Source: a virus (lineage: Duplodnaviria; Caudoviricetes). From it: a DNA stretch of 64,000 nucleotides. Of this stretch, positions 57,233-64,000 are shown piece after piece. The notes under the pieces are model-generated. The model was not told the DNA's origin and did not search any database. It saw only the letters and a program-made list of their open reading frames with translations. Within the stretch, counting starts at the first letter, position 1. Every line of letters starts with the position of its first letter. The stretch covers positions 1 to 64,000 of IMG/VR virus record IMGVR_UViG_3300005683_000068. One strand, written 5' to 3'. The translations under genes were made by a program, and so were the position numbers.

Positions 57233-57487
57233 TCATTGCCATTTTTCCTTCTTGATGGGAAGACGCAAATCATCACAAATACAGGCAAGGATGTTACTCG
57301 CCTTCTCATAACTATCATCTTTGTTGTCCAAGAACTCATGTGCTAATGCCAAGCACATATCATCCAGCAATTGATAGAGTTCCTTGGTAGCAACAGATTT
57401 GAGTTTGGAACCATAAGCTAGTTCCAAACCCTTGTGAAATGCAAAGGCTACTTGTTTGGTTGTGCAGTGCATCCTGTATCTCCACAT
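57233..57487 (-). CDS. Hypothetical protein
   Basis: ORF. Confidence 0.5.
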   Translation of the reverse strand: MWRYRMHCTTKQVAFAFHKGLELAYGSKLKSVATKELYQLLDDMCLALAHEFLDNKDDSYEKASNILACICDDLRLPIKKEKWQ

Positions 57488-57669
57488 CGTAAGTCAGCCA
57501 ATAATTCCTTAGCCATTTGGGCTATGCGATACTTCCGGTCCACTGTCCAATACGGATTCTCGCACAGTGCTATGATCTTTAGCGGCTTTTGTTGTGGAGA
57601 CTCCTCTGTAGGGGTTCCAACGAAGTGGAGTGTCATGTTCTTCCTTTGGTAAGAGAATAAGGGACTCAC
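57448..57669 (-). CDS. Hypothetical protein
   Basis: ORF; true start probably the internal MTLHFVG. Confidence 0.45.
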   Translation of the reverse strand: MSPLFSYQRKNMTLHFVGTPTEESPQQKPLKIIALCENPYWTVDRKYRIAQMAKELLADLRCGDTGCTAQPNK

Positions 57670-58021
57670 AACTGATCCTGGTCTTGTACAGTTTGCCGTT
57701 TAGGGTCACGACAACCTTGAGAGCGGCTCCATAGCCATTACCTTGATCGGACTGCTCACAAGCTGTTCCTTCTAAACCATGAAGTTCTGCACAATAATGA
57801 TTGTTCCTGATTTTGATAGGATCGCCTGGTTTAATCATCCAAAAACTCAATCCATTGAACTTCTTATAAACCTCCTTTGGTTTACCTTTGTAGGCATCCA
57901 ATTCCAAGCAATCACAATCGCCGCAGTGTGTACCATTAGCATCAGTAATGATATTTGCACTACGGCATTCTTTGCAACAGATGGTCCACTTCTTCATTTG
58001 TAGCTCCTTAGAAAATAACAT
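57509..58021 (-). CDS. Zn-ribbon + SH3/KOW-like hypothetical protein
   Basis: CCKEC...CGDC; IKPGDPIKI. Confidence 0.5.
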   Translation of the reverse strand: MLFSKELQMKKWTICCKECRSANIITDANGTHCGDCDCLELDAYKGKPKEVYKKFNGLSFWMIKPGDPIKIRNNHYCAELHGLEGTACEQSDQGNGYGAALKVVVTLNGKLYKTRISCESLILLPKEEHDTPLRWNPYRGVSTTKAAKDHSTVRESVLDSGPEVSHSPNG

Positions 58022-58337
58022 CGCCTGGTTTCCAATCTCTATTCAACATGCCATCAAGTATGGCATGGACATCTTTTTTGGTAAGTCCTACCCACTTCTT
58101 ATAATCTTTAAGGAAGGCTTGATTATGATAAGTGGGTCCAGTCCGAGCATCCTCAATGGCAAGGGAAATGTAAGACACACCAACAGCCAGTAATTGAATC
58201 TCAGTCTGCCCAAGATATTTGTATGTCTTGGATTTGACCTTTGGACGAGCGAATTTCTTTCTGATCGACAAAGGTAATTCCAACAACAACCCAAGCAACT
58301 TGGGTTCGGTCATACAAGTTATCATTTTAGCTTCCAT
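58008..58337 (-). CDS. Hypothetical protein
   Basis: ORF. Confidence 0.5.
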   Translation of the reverse strand: MEAKMITCMTEPKLLGLLLELPLSIRKKFARPKVKSKTYKYLGQTEIQLLAVGVSYISLAIEDARTGPTYHNQAFLKDYKKWVGLTKKDVHAILDGMLNRDWKPGDVIF

Positions 58338-59392
58338 CCTTTCTCAGTTTTGAGAATGTAATCCTGGAAATACAGGCTCTTGAGGTGCTTCTTGCATTCA
58401 AGTCCACACTCCTGCTGTACCATTTCAGTAGTCACAACAGCTTTGTGTGATCCAGAGAGTTTAACCAAAGCAGCGTTGATCTTGCCCTGGTCACTATCAA
58501 TCAAGTCTCCAAACTGATCAAACAACACTCGTTTCTTCTTGGTTGGTTTTGTCTCTTTCTCTTTGGGTTTGTCCACTTGTGATAGCGGAACACCATCAAT
58601 GAGTGGTTCCATCTTCCGATGCAGTTTCACAGCCTCTTTGAGAATACGAATTGTTACCATTGACTCATCAATGCCGTACCTATCCAATTCAAACTTGGTT
58701 GGGTCCTTACCAAGTAATTTGATGTACTTGGGCAGCTTGCTGAAGATGATGGGTGAGACTTCAAGCTGTTTGGCCAAGTTGGCAAGACGGTCAGCCAATC
58801 CCATTTCTCCAGGACCTAAAGGGTCTTGTTTCTCCTCTTTCTTGGTGATCGGTTTTTCCAATTCCTTTTGAACTCCATTGCTACTCATAAAAGACTTGTA
58901 GAGATTGGTATAGGACCGCTGTTCCTTAGCAGCATGATCCCGTGCTGATTTGAGCAGTGCTTCATATTGCTTATTGGACAACTTGTCATAATGACCAACA
59001 AGATGACCAACTCGGATATGATGGTCAGCATTGTCCCGTGAGTACATCACAATGACAAAGTTACTCCATTCCTCTGTGCCATCACTGTATTTGATGAACC
59101 AGCGTGGTAAGGTGTGCTCACTGGGCTTCTTCATTCGCAAGTCAACAATGGTTTTAGTCTTGTCTGTAACCCATGTGAAATACCCATTGCGTTGTTCCTT
59201 GCGAAGTTTCTTCGCTGCCTTCTTAGCTTTGGCTTCTGCCTTCTTAGCTTTGGCTTCTGCCTTCAAGTCCTTCTCAGTAACCTCAACAGCATGAGCAGAG
59301 TCTCCGATTGCTTGCAGTTTGGGTACATGATCTTTGGGGACCGGATCCACTGGGAACACCTCGGCAAGCGTCGGCTTGGTTTTCTTTGTCAT
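58322..59392 (-). CDS. Hypothetical protein with C-terminal wHTH-like domain paralogous to 45532-46299
   Basis: DQFG...INAALVKL...GLE...HLKSL...GWKLK; AGAGGA RBS before ATG 59392. Confidence 0.6.
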   Translation of the reverse strand: MTKKTKPTLAEVFPVDPVPKDHVPKLQAIGDSAHAVEVTEKDLKAEAKAKKAEAKAKKAAKKLRKEQRNGYFTWVTDKTKTIVDLRMKKPSEHTLPRWFIKYSDGTEEWSNFVIVMYSRDNADHHIRVGHLVGHYDKLSNKQYEALLKSARDHAAKEQRSYTNLYKSFMSSNGVQKELEKPITKKEEKQDPLGPGEMGLADRLANLAKQLEVSPIIFSKLPKYIKLLGKDPTKFELDRYGIDESMVTIRILKEAVKLHRKMEPLIDGVPLSQVDKPKEKETKPTKKKRVLFDQFGDLIDSDQGKINAALVKLSGSHKAVVTTEMVQQECGLECKKHLKSLYFQDYILKTEKGWKLK

Positions 59393-59409
59393 GGTACTGA
59401 TCCTCTTGG

Positions 59410-59625
59410 TTAGTGACAAACCTTGCGAGTAATTTCGTCAGCAATTGCATTGCGACAAGCAACGCAAAACGGTGAGTCGATTGTCTCACCCATACGAGAC
59501 ATAACATGGTTTGGTCTTGGCAGGAGTGCTTGGCACTCTAAACAAGTCCCTTTATAAATGGCTTCTTGTGCCAGTCGCTTGTTTTGTTCCCTTGCACGTT
59601 GCAAGTATTCTTCAGCAATGCTCAT
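59410..59625 (-). CDS. Zn-finger hypothetical protein
   Basis: CLEC...CVAC. Confidence 0.55.
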   Translation of the reverse strand: MSIAEEYLQRAREQNKRLAQEAIYKGTCLECQALLPRPNHVMSRMGETIDSPFCVACRNAIADEITRKVCH

Positions 59626-59876
59626 TTTCTATCCCTTTGAGTAGAACAACCAATGCCCGTCAAAGTGACGGGCAGCCTCTTCTCTGTTCCATTCCAAAAA
59701 CCCGGACGATGCTCAGCAAAAGCCTGCTCGTTCGTGATTGTGTTTGACTTGTTGATCCCCAAGAGACATGCTCTCTTTCACAACAAGTCAGGAACACTAG
59801 GCGTCAAAAGGCTACACCTCACGCCGGGTCTGGCACTGACTATTCAAAGAAGATGCTCCTTGCAAACGGCACTTGA

Positions 59877-60128
59877 TTACAACGGATATACTGCCCGCTC
59901 AAGTCCCTCCGCATGGGCAGTTGTGAGAAGGGCAAGCACATCAGCATCAAACTGATTGCGATGCGGGGTCCAGTTTTTGATGACGTGCTTGAGCAAGTCC
60001 AAGTCGTCAAGCTGCTCGTCCTGTGAACGCTCACATGCCCCGGTAACAGTCATGTGGACGTCCAAGGCAATCTGCAACACAGATCGTCCTTTGGCTTGAT
60101 CCACCCACCAATCTGGTCTGTAACTCAT
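59877..60128 (-). CDS. Hypothetical protein
   Basis: ORF. Confidence 0.5.
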   Translation of the reverse strand: MSYRPDWWVDQAKGRSVLQIALDVHMTVTGACERSQDEQLDDLDLLKHVIKNWTPHRNQFDADVLALLTTAHAEGLERAVYPL

Positions 60129-60142
60129 TTTTCAAATCTCCC

Positions 60143-61000
60143 CTATTGAACTTGGAATACCCCAGCCAATTGCGTGCGGACCCACTGAATCGCAGCAGTT
60201 TTGTTCCACACTTCCTTACACACCAAGACGTTCTTGTCCTGGGAAATGTAAGGGACGATTCGATCAAAGCCTGTCACAACACCCAAGCCTGTAACGGGCG
60301 GTGAGTTGCTTACGCAATACGTTCCGAAGAACATAGTGCGATAACACCAGCCGCTCACACCATTGATCAACGTGCTAACATCAAGTGGATCACCGGCACA
60401 CTTGTAACGTACAGCAGCCCCAAAAGACCTGCCATTGTGAAATGCCCTGAGGCAATGAGTAGCGGCCCACAATTCAACTCTGTAGCCGGCCCTTTCAAGC
60501 AACTCAGTAAGCAGCACTGCCGCCGCTCCACGCCACAAAATTTTATCATGGTTCACGAAGGCGGATGTGGAAATATCTGTAATGATCGTTACACTAACTG
60601 GGCCTGGACGTGTTTCTCTGTAAGAGTCTTCCAAGTAAGCCTGTCCGCGTAGCAAGCGATCGATGTTGAGTTCGTCGCCTCGATCTTCACTCCATCGTCT
60701 TTGACGTTTGATCGCTTTGGGTTGTGGCAGTTTCTCATCCCGCAATTCGTTCATCATGGACTCATAAATCTTGAGTCCATTTTCCCAAGCCTCACCAAGT
60801 GCTTGGGATACATCATTCCATGTGTTGAAACGACGGCCAATGAAACCTTCACGCTGAATAACACGAGGCTCCCAAGCCTGATAAGTCGATGAGCAGCCTT
60901 TGTGTTTCAGCACATTAGCCAGCACGTCCGTCGATTGTTCATTCTGCGAGTCAAAGCGGTAGAACTCAGTGTTGATGTCCGGGAGATATTCAAAGTACAT
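60143..61000 (-). CDS. vWA-like partner of the MoxR/CobS-type ATPase
   Basis: IITDISTSA...WRGAAAVLL.ELLERAGYRVELW; adjacent to the AAA+ gene. Confidence 0.65.
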   Translation of the reverse strand: MYFEYLPDINTEFYRFDSQNEQSTDVLANVLKHKGCSSTYQAWEPRVIQREGFIGRRFNTWNDVSQALGEAWENGLKIYESMMNELRDEKLPQPKAIKRQRRWSEDRGDELNIDRLLRGQAYLEDSYRETRPGPVSVTIITDISTSAFVNHDKILWRGAAAVLLTELLERAGYRVELWAATHCLRAFHNGRSFGAAVRYKCAGDPLDVSTLINGVSGWCYRTMFFGTYCVSNSPPVTGLGVVTGFDRIVPYISQDKNVLVCKEVWNKTAAIQWVRTQLAGVFQVQ

Positions 61001-61036
61001 GATCTAGCTCCTTTTGGTTGAAATGAGAAAACAGAC

Positions 61037-62407
61037 CTAGCAGCCACTCTTGACCTTGCGAACCTCGTCCTCCCGCCAACCAGCAAACAGCATCTTCTCA
61101 ACGTAGTCCATGTCCTTGCCATGCTGAGTCCAGTTGAACGCCCTCTTGATGAATCGCGTTCCGATAGTCCGCTCCACGCGATTCTTGTACAAGTTATCGC
61201 GATAGGAGTGCAGCTTGTTGACCCCTTCTTCCCAGCCAGGGCACAAAGCGAGTTCCAGCCCCTTGTCATAGTCCATTGCGATTTGGACAAAGCGGTCGAT
61301 AAACGCACCGTCAAGTTGATTCCGTCCGCAGTATTGACGGTCAGAGCCATTGCCCCAAGTGTTTGCCGCAGCCATCGCATAGAAGTCCTTGTGCCTCTTG
61401 GCAATAGGCTTCTTGGGTCGATCAATCGGCAACTCGCCATCTTCCAAGCCACCATTGAGACTCAGCAGCACATTGGGATCGGCGGCATCTACTTCGTCCC
61501 ATAGAAACAATCCACCGCCCTCCCACAAGTCAACGCAAAGCGTTGATTGGTAATGATGTGTCCCCTTGGTGATGTTTGGACTGACACGACCAAAAATTTT
61601 GCCCTCAGTGACCCCACCGCTGAGACTCATCATCCCACAAGGAACACCAAGTACACGGGCAGCTTGTTTAGCCAAATATGTCTTGCCGCATCCCTTGGGG
61701 CCGACTAGCATCACATTGTCTCCAACCCTCAAATGGAACAGGACTTGCTCCATAATGGGATGCGTACGCTCCTCAAACACCTCGTCCTTCTTGCCGGGTT
61801 CCTTGATGACAAGTTCAACCCGCCGAGCCTCATCCAAGTGCTTGATCTTGTTGTTGAGAGCAACCACAGTTGCTTCCAGTTCATCCAACTTGGACTGCAA
61901 AGCCTTGTTGGACGCATCCCTGTCACTGTCCCCTTTCGGCTCCTTGCTGTCATCACCAAACTCCAGTTCGTAATTCTGGATCAGGTGTTTGATGACAGCA
62001 ACTTTGCCAGCCGGATCAAACCGCCACTTCTGTTTTTCAGGTTCCCAAACACCACCAGCAGCGGATAGCGCTGCACGATGTTCGTAAGTGTTACCAGTAA
62101 CATAAGCCACGCCGATGTCTTTCGAGTAGGCCACAAACAAGGGCTTCTGTTGTTGTTGCCGTGCAGTCGCCATCGGGTTGTCCTTGTTGTACTCCTTGTT
62201 GATCAACTTCCAGAGATACTTCTTGTGCCCACGACGTTCCAGGACCCCACGAGCTGTCAGCAGTTTAAGCACACTGCGATACTGCTCTCGCTGCGGATTG
62301 GACCAATCCAAACCCAGAGCGGTGAAAACCTCTTCGGTTGATCGGAAGCAGTATGTGTTCTGTTCCAAGTATTCGCAAGCCTTAATTGCAAAGTCACGGC
62401 GGTTCAT
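61037..62407 (-). CDS. MoxR/CbbQ/CobS-like AAA+ ATPase with N-terminal extension
   Basis: GPKGCGKT, LWDEVDAA, AANTWGNG, RNQLDGAFIDRF. Confidence 0.85.
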   Translation of the reverse strand: MNRRDFAIKACEYLEQNTYCFRSTEEVFTALGLDWSNPQREQYRSVLKLLTARGVLERRGHKKYLWKLINKEYNKDNPMATARQQQQKPLFVAYSKDIGVAYVTGNTYEHRAALSAAGGVWEPEKQKWRFDPAGKVAVIKHLIQNYELEFGDDSKEPKGDSDRDASNKALQSKLDELEATVVALNNKIKHLDEARRVELVIKEPGKKDEVFEERTHPIMEQVLFHLRVGDNVMLVGPKGCGKTYLAKQAARVLGVPCGMMSLSGGVTEGKIFGRVSPNITKGTHHYQSTLCVDLWEGGGLFLWDEVDAADPNVLLSLNGGLEDGELPIDRPKKPIAKRHKDFYAMAAANTWGNGSDRQYCGRNQLDGAFIDRFVQIAMDYDKGLELALCPGWEEGVNKLHSYRDNLYKNRVERTIGTRFIKRAFNWTQHGKDMDYVEKMLFAGWREDEVRKVKSGC

Positions 62408-62488
62408 CTTGTCATCCTTTTGTTAAGCGTTGAAATCAAAAATGACCCCAAGTTTGGGGCCAGCCTCTTCTCTGTCCCGAATGTTCAT

Positions 62489-62698
62489 CTAGTGCGGCCC
62501 ACCAGCATCCCGTTTGTTGCTGGGGGTTTCAAACTCACAGCCTTCTGGAAGTCCAAAGTGCTCAGACTTCAAAGTCCACCCTCCCTTGCCACCCCTTTCA
62601 AACAGCATGGACTCTTCCAACCCCCGATGGTAAATCAGCATCCAATCATCATCTTCACTGAAACTAACTTCGCATGATTTGCAAATGATGAATTTCAT
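62489..62698 (-). CDS. Hypothetical early protein
   Basis: AAGGGAG RBS. Confidence 0.55.
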   Translation of the reverse strand: MKFIICKSCEVSFSEDDDWMLIYHRGLEESMLFERGGKGGWTLKSEHFGLPEGCEFETPSNKRDAGGPH

Positions 62699-62760
62699 AA
62701 CGGACTCCCTTTTGAAACATGGCTTGAATCGTCAGCACCCAAGTAGCCAACTTGGAATGT

Positions 62761-63094
62761 ATGCTGTGCTTTTGTTTTGGGGCGGCGGGTTGCGGGTTGA
62801 CTAAAACACTTTCAAAATCTGTTCAGGGCTGTCCAATTGGACATACTCATACTGAGGAAGACCAATACATAACCAGGAATAGCTATCGCCAAGATTTGGC
62901 ACAAACTGTACCAGTTGCGGTTCAGTATCAGTCCACCCAACCAATCCGAACTTGCCGCGTAGCTTTTTGACCATCTTCTTGGTGAAGGTCTTTTGATCGG
63001 CAAACGGCTGATCAAGAACGATTGTCTTGTTGAGGTTCAACTTTTTCATGTTTCATTCCTTTTGTAAAACCGCCCCAAAACAAAAGCACAGCAT
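62761..63094. repeat. 25-bp perfect inverted repeat bracketing one gene
   Basis: atgctgtgcttttgttttggggcgg (62761-85) / ccgccccaaaacaaaagcacagcat (63070-94). Confidence 0.9.
62801..63049 (-). CDS. Hypothetical early protein inside the inverted repeat
   Basis: AAGGA RBS; 82 aa. Confidence 0.6.
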   Translation of the reverse strand: MKKLNLNKTIVLDQPFADQKTFTKKMVKKLRGKFGLVGWTDTEPQLVQFVPNLGDSYSWLCIGLPQYEYVQLDSPEQILKVF

Positions 63095-63139
63095 TTCATC
63101 TCTGTTGTTTCAAATTGTGATGCAATGGGGCATTGCGTG

Positions 63140-63304
63140 TACGCTTCACAGCGTTCAAAGAATCATATTCCGTGTATGGTCTTCACCGTCCGGCTTTCGT
63201 CTAACTCACTCCCCATGCCACACAGCACTAGCGGTACTTGTTTCCCAAAAGGTACTTGTTTCCCAGCGTGCCCTTTAAGATCGCGTCATACGCTTCACAG
63301 CGTT
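63140..63304 (-). repeat. Leader repeats: 16-nt GNRA hairpin x2 and 15-nt tandem repeat x2
   Basis: tacgcttcacagcgtt at 63140-55 and 63289-304; ggtacttgtttccca at 63233-47 and 63251-65. Confidence 0.8.
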
Positions 63305-63567
63305 TCATTGCGATCCTGCATCCGCTGTCTGCCGCTTAGCTTGCGGTCTTACTTCTGCGGTGGATCGGGAGGGTGTGAGCATCAAGACTTGATTCTCGCC
63401 CCATTGCTTGCAGCCTTCAATCCGCTGCCGATACACTTGCGGTTCCCTTTGCCCCCTGTCCTTGTGCTGTCATCACGACGCTGGACCTGCGGGACGTGGT
63501 CGCCTCGACCAAGTGATTGTCGCATCTCGTTGCGACTGACGAACTGGATTGCGAATGAACTTCGTTC

Positions 63568-63596
63568 ATTTTAGACACCGTTACATACGTTGTCAA
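63568..63596 (-). promoter_or_regulatory. Near-consensus sigma70 early promoter
   Basis: TTGACA-17 bp-TAAAAT. Confidence 0.8.
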
Positions 63597-63713
63597 GTAC
63601 GTAAACGTTAGAAATGTTGCGTGTTGTTTGTACAGTAGTTCTCAATCTGCACCTGTTTTGTAGCAATTTGCCGTGAAACACCCGGCAAAATTAAGAACTC
63701 TTTAAGAAGTGTT

Positions 63714-64000
63714 CTATGGATATTGGAACACTTTGTCTGCCGGTCTGTCACCAGACAACGATAAATAAACGTCCTCTAGTCTCGTCTTTGGAACTGTGCG
63801 AGTGTATTTACCAGCGGCATTCTTTTTCCAATAAGCTGCAATGATCTTGCCATAGTTACCACTGCCATTGTTTTGAACACTCTCGATCACCAGCCGATTC
63901 GCTCCATTGATTAGCAAAGACATATTCAAAGCCACAGTCGGATCAAACAAGGCAGGGGTAATTGGAATGTTTGAATCTGCACCACCAAGAGTAATCGTGT
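63714..64000 (-). CDS. C-terminal part of a probable structural protein running off the right edge
   Basis: Frame is open to the edge (TITLGGADSNIPITPALFDPTVALN...). Confidence 0.55.
   Translation of the reverse strand, partial: TITLGGADSNIPITPALFDPTVALNMSLLINGANRLVIESVQNNGSGNYGKIIAAYWKKNAAGKYTRTVPKTRLEDVYLSLSGDRPADKVFQYP

Noticed and set aside
864-63574. The many plus-strand ORFs and nested minus-strand ORFs in the track
   Set aside because: They are antisense or alternate-frame shadows of well-supported minus-strand genes, lack recognisable motifs and do not fit the operon packing.
1-64000. Alternative genetic code / stop-codon reassignment
   Set aside because: Long genes read through intact in code 11, and TAA, TAG and TGA all terminate well-packed genes.

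Overview
This window is a large part of a tailed dsDNA phage (Caudoviricetes) genome. Essentially all real genes are on the minus strand, so transcription runs right to left. In that order the window holds: the end of a probable structural gene at the right edge; a consensus sigma70 promoter (63568-63596) with a repeat-bearing leader; early genes including an AAA+/vWA pair, a tRNA with an unusual AAU anticodon and a structured ncRNA candidate; a sigma-like factor and SNF2 helicase; a self-contained replisome (primase, initiator with internal iterons, DnaB, beta-clamp, clamp loader, split UDG-exo/PolA, SSB, UvsY-, RecA-, FEN-, resolvase- and split SbcCD-like genes); an MTase plus PLP-enzyme pair; TPR-glycosyltransferase, CsrA and a repeat-rich virion protein; a PAPS-reductase-like cluster; terminase, GroES and a putative lysis/envelope cassette (CarF-like desaturase, papain-like protease, Tad2-like, HNH, small membrane proteins); and head/tail genes ending in a displaced 1103-aa portal fusion. 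The strongest novelty candidate is a virion polyprotein cargo system. The portal is fused to an Acb1-like 2H phosphoesterase, a DUF5661-like domain and a type IB topoisomerase, and the protease-scaffold carries inserted modules. Domain boundaries in both are marked by a recurring Q-[F/H/Y]-x-E motif, a putative prohead-protease site; one copy pair is a 24-bp exact DNA repeat. A Planctomycetota host is plausible but is inference only. All family calls come from motif recognition by eye; no database searches were run. No integrase or CRISPR array was seen.
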